Shown here: one piece after another, positions 9,333 to 18,748 of the stretch
Numbering within the stretch: the stretch's first letter is position 1
Layout of the letters: each line of letters begins with the position of its first letter
DNA from: Vulcanimicrobiota bacterium
Lineage (GTDB): Bacteria > Vulcanimicrobiota > Xenobia > Xenobiales > JADMJV01
Reading direction: 5' to 3'
Length of the DNA: 64,000 nucleotides
Assembly (NCBI GenBank): GCA_050250895.1
Contig: JBFWNU010000001.1
Span: 2,086,210-2,150,209, forward strand
Notes under the pieces: generated by a model
Databases searched by the model: none
What the model saw: only the letters and a program-made list of their open reading frames with translations
What the model was told of the DNA's origin: nothing
Translations under genes and position numbers: made by a program

Positions 9333-9401
9333 CGCGGGTCTGGACCGCAGGAGACACTCCCGCTCCCAAAGAAGCCGAGCATTGAAGGAGTGTGCCTGCA
9401 A

Positions 9402-9863
9402 ATGCCCATCCAACCACTGCCTGAGGGAGCCCAGCCCCTCATCCCCTATCTGATTGTCAACAAAGCAGCCGCGGCCATCGAGTTTTATAAACTCGTCTTC
9501 GCCGCCGACGAGGTGTTGCGCATGGCCGGGCCCGACGGCAAGTCGATCATGCACGCCGAGCTACGCATCGCCGGCTGCCTGATCTATCTGGCCGACGAGA
9601 ATCCCGAGCAGGGCCATCTGTCTCCCACCACCGTGGGCACGACCACCGTCGGTCTGAGCCTTTACTGCCTGGATGCCGACAAGGTCTTCAACCGGGCCCT
9701 GGACCACGGGGCCGAAGTGGTTCGCCCCATGATGGACGCCTTTTGGGGCGACCGGTACGGCGTGGTGGTCGATCCTTTCGGCCATCAATGGAGCTTGATG
9801 ACCCGCAAAGAGCACTTGAGCCCCGAGGAGATGGTCCAGCGCGGCAATCAGTCGATGCGCTAG
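9402..9863 (+). CDS. VOC (glyoxalase/bleomycin-resistance/PhnB-like) family protein
   Basis: RBS GAAGGAG upstream. PhnB-like pattern (LIPYLIV...AIEFYK...MHAELRIAG...DPFGHQWSL). I chose the internal Met at 9402 rather than 9390. Confidence 0.78.
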   Translation: MPIQPLPEGAQPLIPYLIVNKAAAAIEFYKLVFAADEVLRMAGPDGKSIMHAELRIAGCLIYLADENPEQGHLSPTTVGTTTVGLSLYCLDADKVFNRALDHGAEVVRPMMDAFWGDRYGVVVDPFGHQWSLMTRKEHLSPEEMVQRGNQSMR

Positions 9864-9954
9864 CTGTCAACCCGCCTCGATGAGGCTAACTCCTTGCAGA
9901 AACTCGACGTCTATGCTCTCTGGTTCGACGATGCCGCCCTGGGACCCCTAAGGG

Positions 9955-10164
9955 GTGTCGGTCGTTGCTGCCGGCGACCTGCCGCGAATGGAGGGTCGCC
10001 GTGATACCCTGGAGGACGCCACTCTCATCGTCGAGGTCCTCTCGCCCTCCACTCTGGACTATGACCTCGGCCGCATCTCTCGAGGAGTCGAAGGGCTGGC
10101 GCCTCAGGCCGCCAGGGGCAGGCTGACCGCCGCCGGGTTGATGTCTGGTGCGACCGGTTGTTGA
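9955..10164 (+). pseudogene. Remnant of a Uma2-family (DUF820) endonuclease C-terminus
   Basis: The peptide ...ATLIVEVLSPSTLDYDLGRIS... matches the conserved Uma2 (D/E)VLSPST..D core. The rest of the family is absent, the frame decays afterwards, and it sits at the edge of a low-GC islet. Confidence 0.3.
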
Positions 10165-10386
10165 ACGGGCCGGGGGCGGGCGGCGTTGCGCAAAGTGACG
10201 TACCCGTTATAGATGTCGGCCCACCAGGCCAGAAGAATCGTGGTTAGCATTGTTGTGTTCCCTCCCTGCTCCGCTATCCTAGGTCATCCGCCGAGCAGGT
10301 TCTGTGACAAAGGTCAAACTCTTGTCTGTGCCGGGGACTTCGCAACTGCGCTTTTCAGGTAAGCACAAAAGTAGTATAGTGAAGCC

Positions 10387-10614
10387 ATGGCGAAAGAGAT
10401 CAAGATAAGGCGCTCTGGGGGCTCGTTGAGTGCAACGTTGCCCAAAGAATACGTCGAGCATTTCCATCTGGCCGAAGGTGACCGGGTTTTTGTCGTGAAG
10501 ACTGACCAGGGAATCCTGATCACACCTTACGACCCCGATTTCGAGAAGGCTATGAAAGTCTATAAGCGGGGTGCCAGGAAGTATCGTGATGCGCTAAACG
10601 AACTGGCCAAGTAA
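10387..10614 (+). CDS. AbrB/MazE/SpoVT-family antitoxin
   Basis: Swapped-hairpin signature IKIRRSGGSLSATLPKEYVEHFHLAEGDRVFV. 75 aa. Directly upstream of the Doc toxin. Confidence 0.8.
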   Translation: MAKEIKIRRSGGSLSATLPKEYVEHFHLAEGDRVFVVKTDQGILITPYDPDFEKAMKVYKRGARKYRDALNELAK

Positions 10615-10615
10615 C

Positions 10616-11020
10616 TTGAGCCAGTCAGAGCCCACCTGGCTCAACCGTCAATTTCTCGACGCTGCCCATCAAGACCAACTTCAACAGCATGGTGGCTTGT
10701 CAGGAATACGTGATGAGAACGCTCTCGAGTCAGCTTTGGCGAGACCCCGTAACCGCTGGAGCTACAAACCGGACACTAGCCTGTTAGAGTTGGCGGCTTG
10801 CTACTGCTTCGGCCTGGCCACTTCTCACGGATACTCTGATGGGAATAAGCGGATAGCCTTCGTTGCCATGTACACCTTTTTAGGAATCAACGACCTCGAG
10901 ATCACAGCCAGTCAGGTCGAGGTCGTTCGAATGATCCTGGCTGTTGCTGGGGGGAAACTCGACGAAGAGAGCATCGTTCAGTGGCTTGAGAGGTTTACCG
11001 AACCCTACTTCGAGGAGTAG
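10616..11020 (+). CDS. doc: Doc (death-on-curing) Fic-family toxin
   Basis: Doc motif HGYSDGNKR (HxFx[DN]GNKR). TTG start 1 nt after the antitoxin stop. Local GC is clearly lower than the flanks. Confidence 0.83.
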   Translation: MSQSEPTWLNRQFLDAAHQDQLQQHGGLSGIRDENALESALARPRNRWSYKPDTSLLELAACYCFGLATSHGYSDGNKRIAFVAMYTFLGINDLEITASQVEVVRMILAVAGGKLDEESIVQWLERFTEPYFEE

Positions 11021-11067
11021 TCGGGCGACCCTAAAGGTCAAACTTTGAAGGACCCGAATCGGCCCGC

Positions 11068-12903
11068 ATGCCGATCGTGACTGTCGAGCAGGTCAGCAAG
11101 GCCTTTCCTAACCGGCCTCTCTTCGAGGGAGCCAACTTTGGACTGGAGTGGGGTGAGAAGGTGGGCCTGATCGGGTTGAATGGGTCGGGCAAGTCCACCC
11201 TGCTCAAGATCATCGCCGGGCAAGAGCCGGCCGACGCCGGCCAGGTGGTGTGGGCCCGCGACATCGCGGTCGAGTATCTCTCGCAGGAGCCCGAGTTTCC
11301 AGCCGGGGTGACGGTGCTAAAAGCCGTCTTTGCCGGAGATAACCGGCTGGTCAATTTGCTGGGTGACTATCAAGAAGCCTGCGAGGCTCTCACCCGCGAC
11401 CCGAACCAGCTGGAGCGGGTGGCCCGCATGTCCGACGAGATCGAGGCGGCGGGAGCCTGGGAACTCGAGACCCGGGCGCGCACCGTTTTGACCGCCCTGG
11501 GGATCGATTGGTTCGAGCGACCGGTGGCCGAACTCTCGGGCGGTCAGCGCAAGCTGGTGGCCCTGGCCCGAGCGCTGGTGGGCCAACCCGATCTGTTGCT
11601 GCTCGACGAGCCCACCAACCATCTGGATCTGGCCCGCATCGAATGGCTCGAAAATTATCTCAAAGGCATGCAGACGACCCTGGTGATGGTCACCCACGAC
11701 CGCTATTTTCTCGAGCTGGTGGTGGGACGCATTCTCGAGGTCGAGGGCGGGCAGGTGCACGATTTTGCCGGCAATTACGGCTTCTATCTCGAGCACAAAG
11801 AGTTGCGCGAGCAGCACCGGGCCAAGGCCGCCGACCGCGAAGAAGGCCACCTGCGGCGCGAACTGGCCTGGTTGCGCCAGGGCCCCAAAGCTCGCTCGAC
11901 CCGTCAGAAGGCTCGTCATAAGCGAGCCCTGGAGCTGATCGAGAGCCCGCGTGAAGCGAAAGGCCGCGAACTGGCGCTGGCCCTGGGCATGCGCCGGCTC
12001 GGCAAGAAGCTGCTCGAGACTCACGGTCTACGCGCCCGCAATCTGGCGCCTCTCGACTTCGAGTTGCAACCCGGCGACCGGGTCGGCATCGTCGGGCCCA
12101 ACGGCTCTGGCAAGACCACCTTTCTCGAATTGCTCACGGGCAGTCTCGAGCCCGAGGCAGGCCAGGTCGAACTGGGCAGCACCCTCCACATCGGCTACTA
12201 TCGCCAACAAAGCGAAGAACTCGACCCGGGCCTGAAGGTCATCGAGGCCGTCCGCGAGGTGGCCGAAGTGTTGCCCCTGGCCGACGGGCGCTCGCTGTCG
12301 GCGGCGCGTTTGTTGGAACAGTTTCTCTTCCCCTCTCACACCCACTACAACCTGGTCGAGAAGCTATCGGGCGGCGAACGGCGCCGGCTCGAGTTGCTGC
12401 GGGTGTTGATGGACCGCCCCAACCTCTTGATTCTCGACGAGCCCACCAACGATCTCGACATCGACACCCTGGTCCGGCTCGAGAGCTATCTGGACGATTT
12501 CGCCGGCTGCGTCATCCTGGTCAGCCACGACCGCTACCTGCTCGATCGCGTGTCGACCCGCTATTTGCTCTTTAACGAAGGTCGGGTGGAAGAGTATCTT
12601 GGCCTGGTCAGCGACCTACGGCCACCGGTTCCCGCCGCCCGACCCCGTCCGACTCCCTCGCCCGTTCGGGCTCAAGGCACGGCCCGCACCCAAAAGCTCT
12701 CCTACAAAGAGACCCAGGAGTTGGCCACCCTGGAACAGTCGATTGCCGAGGGCGAGACCCGCCAGGCTGAACTCGAGGGGTTGCTGGCTGGCTCTCAAGA
12801 CGACTACGAAAAGGTGCACGGCTGGTATGCCGAACTCGAGTCGCTCAAGCAGAGGCTAGAGGTCGAGGTCGAACGCTGGGCCGAACTCGCCGAACGCCAG
12901 TAA
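11068..12903 (+). CDS. ABC-F family ATPase (Uup-like, two ABC domains plus C-terminal coiled coil)
   Basis: Two Walker A motifs ([18 protein letters not shown]), two LSGG signatures ([14 protein letters not shown]), no transmembrane domain, and a charged coiled-coil tail. Confidence 0.9.
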   Translation: MPIVTVEQVSKAFPNRPLFEGANFGLEWGEKVGLIGLNGSGKSTLLKIIAGQEPADAGQVVWARDIAVEYLSQEPEFPAGVTVLKAVFAGDNRLVNLLGDYQEACEALTRDPNQLERVARMSDEIEAAGAWELETRARTVLTALGIDWFERPVAELSGGQRKLVALARALVGQPDLLLLDEPTNHLDLARIEWLENYLKGMQTTLVMVTHDRYFLELVVGRILEVEGGQVHDFAGNYGFYLEHKELREQHRAKAADREEGHLRRELAWLRQGPKARSTRQKARHKRALELIESPREAKGRELALALGMRRLGKKLLETHGLRARNLAPLDFELQPGDRVGIVGPNGSGKTTFLELLTGSLEPEAGQVELGSTLHIGYYRQQSEELDPGLKVIEAVREVAEVLPLADGRSLSAARLLEQFLFPSHTHYNLVEKLSGGERRRLELLRVLMDRPNLLILDEPTNDLDIDTLVRLESYLDDFAGCVILVSHDRYLLDRVSTRYLLFNEGRVEEYLGLVSDLRPPVPAARPRPTPSPVRAQGTARTQKLSYKETQELATLEQSIAEGETRQAELEGLLAGSQDDYEKVHGWYAELESLKQRLEVEVERWAELAERQ

Positions 12904-12938
12904 AGGGCGCCTCTGGACCCGGCCCGAAAACGTTTCCA

Positions 12939-13352
12939 GTGATTAACGGCGTCGTCAGCCGCAAACTGACCAACTTACAGCAGAGACTCGACGAGCTTGG
13001 CAGCTTGTCTCCTTTAACTCTCGACAAGCTGCAAGACTGGTTGGTCCTGCGCGCTGTGGAACGCGATTTGCAGGTCGCCGTCGAGATCGTGATCGATGTT
13101 TGTCAGCGCTTGATTTCTCTGGCGGGACGCCCGCCCGCCGCGTCGGCCAGGGAAGCGGTCGAGGGGTGTGTGGCCCTGGGCGTGCTCAGTGAGGCCGAGC
13201 CTTACCGTCAGATGGTGGGGTTTCGCAATATCGTGGTCCAGCGATACGAGTTTGTGGATCCCGACATCTTACTAGCTCTGGTGAACCATCACCTGGCAGA
13301 TTTCGAACGCTTTATTGAAGAGGTTCTCGCCTATGTTGGTAGACAAAGCTAG
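12939..13352 (+). CDS. HepT-like (DUF86) putative RNase toxin, non-canonical motif
   Basis: DUF86-like size and helical pattern. The Rx4HxY position reads RNIVVQRY, so the His is replaced by Gln. It overlaps the downstream MNT gene. Confidence 0.6.
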   Translation: MINGVVSRKLTNLQQRLDELGSLSPLTLDKLQDWLVLRAVERDLQVAVEIVIDVCQRLISLAGRPPAASAREAVEGCVALGVLSEAEPYRQMVGFRNIVVQRYEFVDPDILLALVNHHLADFERFIEEVLAYVGRQS

Positions 13353-13704
13353 GGCCTGTCTCGCCCGGCGGGAGAATCTAGTGGGCGCCTGGCTGTTTGG
13401 CTCCCAAGCGAGCGGACGGGCCGGTCCTGGTTCGGACGTGGATATCGCAGTGCTGGCCGCCCGGCCCCTGACTCTCGAGGAGCGTCTCGAGCTTCAAGCG
13501 GCTTTAGAAGATGCCTTAAAAGGGGTCGAGGTTGATCTGGTTGACCTCCGCCGGGCCTCGGTCGTCTTGCAGTTTGAAGCGCTCCACGGGATTCGCCTGT
13601 TGGTTCGCCAGGCCGACGAGGTGGCACGCTTCTCTTCGCTGGTCGGGCGCGAGTACGAGAGCGCCATGGCCTTGCTCCAACGCGGATTTCGAGATCGTAA
13701 ATAG
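13315..13704 (+). CDS. MNT-type minimal nucleotidyltransferase (antitoxin partner of HepT)
   Basis: GS-x9-DxD motif FGSQASGRAGPGSDVDIAV. About 120 aa. Confidence 0.75.
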   Translation: MKRFSPMLVDKARACLARRENLVGAWLFGSQASGRAGPGSDVDIAVLAARPLTLEERLELQAALEDALKGVEVDLVDLRRASVVLQFEALHGIRLLVRQADEVARFSSLVGREYESAMALLQRGFRDRK

Positions 13705-13756
13705 CTAACGTTGATGGGCGCAGGGGGAGAGGGTCACCCTCTGGAAGCCTGCGATT

Positions 13757-14755
13757 ATGTTCCGCAAGAAGGTCGTGGTCGGACTGGACCTGGGCAGCTA
13801 CAGCTTGCAATGGGCTGCTATCGAGCCTCGTTCGAATGCCTGCTACGTCTGGCGTAAGCGAATCTTGTCCGAACGTTCCTCCAAGCACGACCGTCCGGAT
13901 CATCAATCGCTGCAGGGTCGTTTGCGGGCTCTGCTGGCAACGGCCGAGCGCGAGACGCCGGTCTGGAATACCTCGGTGGTGGCCGGCATTCAGGGTCAAT
14001 CGGTCATTTGCGGCTATCTCGAGTTTCCCGAGTTGACCAAGAAAGAACTCGAGGTGGCGGTTCTGTCGGGAGTAACTCGCGAGATCCCTTTCCCTATCGA
14101 GACGATGGAGGTCAGCCACCTTCCGGTAGCCGCGCTCAAAGAGGGCAAAACCGGCGTATTCTACAGCACCTGGCGACGGGCCGACGCCCAACGACTCCAT
14201 TCCCTGCTGGGGGGTTGCGACATCAAGATCAAACGCCTCGAGGCCACCGGAGTGGCCCTGACTCGCGAACTGTTCCGCAACCGCAAGCTCGAGCCCCAGG
14301 CTTTCTATCTGATTATCCATGTGGGGTTCGAGTTGACCCAGTTCATCGCCGTGCGGGGCGGCTATCCCTATTATCTGCGCGATATTCCAGTTGGCGGTCA
14401 AGACGTGACCTACGCCATTCAAATAGGAGCCCAGACCTCGTGGCAGGACGCCGAAGAGCTCAAGCACCAGTATCCGATCGAAGAGCTGGTCTTTGCGGCC
14501 GGACCGCTTTTTCGCGAATGGAGCTACGAACTCAAACGCTCGTTGAAGTATTTCAAGCGGCGCTACCATGTGGCCGAGGTGGCCGGGGTCTTCCTCTCGG
14601 GTGGCTCGTCTTTGTTGCAGGGTCTACCAGAGTGGCTCTCGAGCGAGTTGGGCGTGCCCGTTCAGCTCGATGGCTGGAGCCTGCTCAACGCTCGCCAAAG
14701 CGACGACGAAGCTCCTTGTCATAAGATCGCGGTGGGATTGGCTCTGGGACAATGA
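13757..14755 (+). CDS. pilM: Type IV pilus assembly protein PilM (actin-like ATPase fold)
   Basis: N-terminal VVGLDLGSYSL ASKHA motif, PilM-like length and C-terminal region. It overlaps the downstream ATPase in ATGA fashion. Confidence 0.82.
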   Translation: MFRKKVVVGLDLGSYSLQWAAIEPRSNACYVWRKRILSERSSKHDRPDHQSLQGRLRALLATAERETPVWNTSVVAGIQGQSVICGYLEFPELTKKELEVAVLSGVTREIPFPIETMEVSHLPVAALKEGKTGVFYSTWRRADAQRLHSLLGGCDIKIKRLEATGVALTRELFRNRKLEPQAFYLIIHVGFELTQFIAVRGGYPYYLRDIPVGGQDVTYAIQIGAQTSWQDAEELKHQYPIEELVFAAGPLFREWSYELKRSLKYFKRRYHVAEVAGVFLSGGSSLLQGLPEWLSSELGVPVQLDGWSLLNARQSDDEAPCHKIAVGLALGQ

Positions 14756-16404
14756 TGACGACTCAGTGGCTCGAAGAACTCGAAGGCCTCGACGACGAGC
14801 AACGCGAGCAGGCGGTGACTCTCGAGCAGCGGCGCGAAGGAGACGGTGAGCGCTGGCTCCTCAGCGAGGGCATTGTCGAGGCCGAGAAGCTGTTGTGGAG
14901 CAAGAGCCGTTTCTTCCAGCTTCCGATGATTCGGCTGGCGGGCTATCATCCGTCCGAGGAAGCCACCGCCATGATCTCCGAGGAGCAGGCCCGCAAGCTC
15001 AACATCTTTCCGCTGTTCTGCCTCGACGAGTTGATCTATGTTGCCATGAGCGACCCCGACGATCTGCGCTGCGAGGACTTCGTCCGAAAGCTCACCGGTC
15101 ATCGAGTCAAAGCCGTGCTGGCCACCGAAGACGACATTCGCAAGGCCATCACCCGCTGGTATCTGACCTCGCAGAAAGGTCGGGCCGGCCTGCTCCAGCG
15201 CCGCTTCGAGACCCTGACCACAACAGACGTTCAGGAAGAGGACCTGGTCGACCGCCACGCGCCGGCCATCAAAGAAGTCGAGAAGATTCTGGCCCAGGCC
15301 ATTCGTCTGGGGGCCAGCGACATTCATCTCGAGCCCGACGAAGAGCAAGTCTTCATGCGCTATCGAGTCGACGGCGTGCTGCACGATTATTCTCCGCCAG
15401 GTCTGGAACTCTATCCGGCCATCGTATCGCGCATCAAGATCCTGTCCAACCTCGACATCGCCGAGAAGAGACTGCCTCAAGACGGCCGGGCCAGCATCGA
15501 GGTCGATCGCAAGAGCTACGACCTGCGCGTGTCCCTGCTGCCCAACGTTCACGGCGAGGGCGTTTGCATTCGTATCCTCAACCCCGAATCAACCCGCCTA
15601 AGTCTGACCGAGATGGGGTTCGACGCCATCACCCTCGAGCGCTACGATCGGGTGGTTGCCCGACCCCACGGCATCGTGCTGGTGACCGGACCGACCGGTT
15701 CGGGCAAGTCGACCACGCTCTACGCCACTCTTAACCGGATCGAAAGCCGCGAGGTCAAGACCATCACCCTGGAAGACCCCGTCGAGTATAAGCTGCCCGG
15801 CATCGTCCAGGTGGCCATCAAGGCCGAGATCGGCTACACCTTCGCGGTGGGTCTCAAAGCCATCTTGCGCCATGACCCTGACATCGTGATGCTGGGCGAG
15901 ATTCGCGACCTCGAATCGGCCGAGATCGCCTTTCGGGCGGCCCTCACCGGGCATCTTCTGTTCTCGACCCTGCATACCAACAGCGCGGCCCTGGCCGTGA
16001 CCCGCCTGCTGGATATGGGGGTTCCCTCGTTCCAGGTGATGGCCGCCCTCAACGGCGTCTTGGCTCAGCGACTGGTGAGAAGGCTCTGCCCCGCCTGCAA
16101 AGCGCCAGTCGAAGCCACTCCTGACGAACTCAAAGCTCTGGGGGTCGGTGGGGGAGAGTTCTTTGGTCCGGTGGGCTGCCCCGACTGCCAGGACATCGGC
16201 TATAAAGGCCGCACGGCCATCCACGAGTTTCTCGAGATCACGCCGGATATGCGGCGCCTGGAAGGAAGAGACTTGACCGCCCCGGTGCTCGAAGAACTGG
16301 CCGCCGGCCAGGGCTTCCAGAGCCTTCGTGAAGCCGCTCTAAAGAAAGTGCAGGCGGGCATCACCTCGATCGCCGAAGCGCTGTCGGTGACCGGGCAAGC
16401 ATGA
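14752..16404 (+). CDS. pilB: Type IV pilus / type II secretion assembly ATPase (PilB/GspE family)
   Basis: N-terminal T2SE_Nter-like domain, Walker A GPTGSGKSTT, Asp box, His box, and the tetracysteine motif CPACKAP...CPDC. Confidence 0.9.
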   Translation: MMTTQWLEELEGLDDEQREQAVTLEQRREGDGERWLLSEGIVEAEKLLWSKSRFFQLPMIRLAGYHPSEEATAMISEEQARKLNIFPLFCLDELIYVAMSDPDDLRCEDFVRKLTGHRVKAVLATEDDIRKAITRWYLTSQKGRAGLLQRRFETLTTTDVQEEDLVDRHAPAIKEVEKILAQAIRLGASDIHLEPDEEQVFMRYRVDGVLHDYSPPGLELYPAIVSRIKILSNLDIAEKRLPQDGRASIEVDRKSYDLRVSLLPNVHGEGVCIRILNPESTRLSLTEMGFDAITLERYDRVVARPHGIVLVTGPTGSGKSTTLYATLNRIESREVKTITLEDPVEYKLPGIVQVAIKAEIGYTFAVGLKAILRHDPDIVMLGEIRDLESAEIAFRAALTGHLLFSTLHTNSAALAVTRLLDMGVPSFQVMAALNGVLAQRLVRRLCPACKAPVEATPDELKALGVGGGEFFGPVGCPDCQDIGYKGRTAIHEFLEITPDMRRLEGRDLTAPVLEELAAGQGFQSLREAALKKVQAGITSIAEALSVTGQA

Positions 16405-17954
16405 GGGTCCACCACTATCTGGCCCGAGCCCGCCAACTCTACGGTCCGCGCGAGGCCGTGGTCGACGGAGCCAGGCGCTTTACCTACTCTGAGTTCGCCG
16501 GGCGCTGCCACCAGTTGGCCCGGGCTCTGGCGGCCCTGGGAGTAGGCCCGGGCGACCGAGTCGGCATCGTCAGCCCCAACACCCATTACTTTCTGGAGGC
16601 TTTCTTCGGAGTGGCCTGTCTGGGGGCGGTGATCGTGCCCCTCAACTACCGCCTGATCGGCGACGACTTTCAGTACAGTCTGGACCACGCCGGCGCGCGG
16701 GTGGTGCTGGCCGACGACGACCTGAGGGCCACGGTCGACGAGATTCGTGACCGCCTACCCAGCGTCGAGCACTACGTGGTGGCGGGGCCCCCCGCTTCTG
16801 GCTGGCTCGACTGGGAAGAGTTGCTCTCGGGCCATTCGACCGACCCGCTGCCTGACCCTGATCGTCAAGAGGACGACCTGGTCAGCATCAACTACACCTC
16901 GGGCACCACCGCCCGGCCCAAGGGCGTGATGTTGACCCACGCCAACTTCGTGACCAACGCCTACAATTTCATAAGCCATTTCGGCATCTCTCATCACGAC
17001 ACGGCTCTGTGGACCCTGCCAATGTTTCACTGCAACGGCTGGGGCGGCGTCTATGCTCTGACCGGAATGGGTGCCCGGCAGGTCATCATCCGCGCCCCCG
17101 AGGGCGAGGCGATCTTCCGGGCCGTGGCCGAAGAGAACGTCACTTTCGCCTGCATGGCCCCCATCGTGCTCGGACGCATTCTCGATTTCGAGCGGGCCGC
17201 CGAGTTCTCGCTCAAGACCAGGCCGCGCATCGTGGTGGCGGGGGCCCCGCCGCCGGTGGCTTACGTGCGCCGGCTCGAGCAAGAGCTGGGGTGGACCTTT
17301 CACCAGATCTACGGCCTGACCGAGACCTCTCCCATCATCACCGTAGCCGAGCTTCGGCCCCATCTCGAGGGCGATCCTTATGTGCTCAAGGCTCGGGCCG
17401 GCCAGCCGGCCCTGGGAGCCGAGATCCGGGTGGTCGACAGCCACGGCCCGGTGGCTTGCGACGACCAGAGCGTGGGCGAGGTGACGGTGCGCGGACGCAT
17501 GGTGTTTGCCGGCTATTGGCGCCAGCCCGAGGCCACCGCGGCGGTGATGAAAGATGGATTCTTCCATACCGGCGACCTGGCCACCGTCGATGCCAGCGGC
17601 TCGATCAACATCGTCGACCGGGCCAAGGACGTCATCATTTCGGGCGGTGAGAATATCTCGTCAATCGAGGTCGAGGATACGCTCTATCACCATCCTGGCG
17701 TGCTCGAGGCGGCCGTCATCGGCGTTCCCGACGACAAATGGGGCGAGACGCCCCTGGCCGTGATCGTGCCCCGGCCCGGGGTGACCCTGAAAGCCGAGGA
17801 CCTGCGGGCCTATTGCCGCGAGCACATGGCCCATTTCAAGGTGCCTCACCTCTTCGAGTTTCGCCAGGCTCTGCCGCGCACGGCCACCGGCAAGCTCAAG
17901 AAGTTCGAGTTGCGCGAGCCTTACTGGGGCAACAGCCAGCGGCGGGTGCATTGA
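16401..17954 (+). CDS. AMP-dependent acyl-CoA synthetase/ligase (fatty-acid--CoA ligase-like)
   Basis: AMP-binding motif YTSGTTARPKGV, YGLTET motif, and the C-terminal lysine region. ATGA overlap with pilB. Confidence 0.9.
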   Translation: MRVHHYLARARQLYGPREAVVDGARRFTYSEFAGRCHQLARALAALGVGPGDRVGIVSPNTHYFLEAFFGVACLGAVIVPLNYRLIGDDFQYSLDHAGARVVLADDDLRATVDEIRDRLPSVEHYVVAGPPASGWLDWEELLSGHSTDPLPDPDRQEDDLVSINYTSGTTARPKGVMLTHANFVTNAYNFISHFGISHHDTALWTLPMFHCNGWGGVYALTGMGARQVIIRAPEGEAIFRAVAEENVTFACMAPIVLGRILDFERAAEFSLKTRPRIVVAGAPPPVAYVRRLEQELGWTFHQIYGLTETSPIITVAELRPHLEGDPYVLKARAGQPALGAEIRVVDSHGPVACDDQSVGEVTVRGRMVFAGYWRQPEATAAVMKDGFFHTGDLATVDASGSINIVDRAKDVIISGGENISSIEVEDTLYHHPGVLEAAVIGVPDDKWGETPLAVIVPRPGVTLKAEDLRAYCREHMAHFKVPHLFEFRQALPRTATGKLKKFELREPYWGNSQRRVH

Positions 17955-18709
17955 ATCGGGCCACTCGCAAGCGGGTCGAGCGCAATCTGGCGGCGGCGCG
18001 CAAGGAGCTTGACCGGCTTAGCGGTGACGACCTGACCACGGTTTCGCGGCGACTCGAGTTGGGTCAGTATGTCGAGACCCTCGAACTGCTCGAGCAGGGG
18101 CCGGCGGCCCTGGCCGAAGCCGTCTTGCGAGCCACCGAGCGAGTGGTCGAACGCGAGGCCTCGGCCTTTCTCAAGCCCGCCGATCGAGACCGCATTGACT
18201 GCCGGGCCGGCTGCGCCTGGTGCTGCCACCAGCCTTTGCAGGTCAGCCCCCTGGACGCGGTGGCCATGACCCATCACCTGTTGCCCTCCCTCGACCGCGA
18301 GCGCTTGCAAGCCTACAGCCAGGATCTGTCGGCCCGCCTGCCCTTTCAGCGCGAGAAGCTCAAGACTTGCTTTGCTCCCTGCCCTTTCCTCGACACCGAG
18401 ACCTCATTGTGCACGGCCTATGAGAGCCGCCCCGTGGTTTGCCGGGCCTTTCATTCCACCTCGGTGGAGCATTGTCGTCAGATTCACGACGAGCAAAGGC
18501 CTGTGCGCACCGTGCCGATGTTCGAGTTGCTGATGGGCTTCGTGGGCCTGCCTCTCGAGGGCGCCCACCGCGCTCTGACCGAGCTCGGGGTCGACCTGCG
18601 ACCGGTCGTGCTGGGAGTGGCCGTGGCCCTGCTGGCCGAGGATTTCGAGGGGTTGACCCGGGCCTGGCTGGCGGGAGAGCGGGTCTTCGAGCCGGCCGTC
18701 GTTTCTTAA
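17951..18709 (+). CDS. YkgJ-family (PF03692-like) putative Fe-S / zinc-chelating CxxCxxCC protein
   Basis: Motif CRAGCAWCCHQP plus downstream CFAPCPF and a further Cys pair. The start is uncertain; I chose the TTG overlapping the ligase stop so the Cys cluster is retained. Confidence 0.55.
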   Translation: MNRATRKRVERNLAAARKELDRLSGDDLTTVSRRLELGQYVETLELLEQGPAALAEAVLRATERVVEREASAFLKPADRDRIDCRAGCAWCCHQPLQVSPLDAVAMTHHLLPSLDRERLQAYSQDLSARLPFQREKLKTCFAPCPFLDTETSLCTAYESRPVVCRAFHSTSVEHCRQIHDEQRPVRTVPMFELLMGFVGLPLEGAHRALTELGVDLRPVVLGVAVALLAEDFEGLTRAWLAGERVFEPAVVS

Positions 18710-18748
18710 GGTTTTTTTCAACCGATCCGCCTATCCTCATGGCAGGTC

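Noticed and set aside
13728-13742. 6-bp stem / 3-nt loop hairpin AGAGGG-TCA-CCCTCT after the MNT gene; also a T7 tract at 18711-18717 after the YkgJ gene
   Set aside because: The hairpin is short and not followed by a U-tract. The T-tract lacks a convincing upstream GC stem. Neither is called as an intrinsic terminator.
13349-14569. 406-aa minus-strand ORF
   Set aside because: Arg/Pro/Gly-rich low-complexity translation lying antisense to pilM and the MNT gene. This is a typical high-GC shadow ORF.
16755-17567. 270-aa minus-strand ORF inside the acyl-CoA ligase gene
   Set aside because: Shadow ORF. The plus-strand frame carries all AMP-binding motifs.
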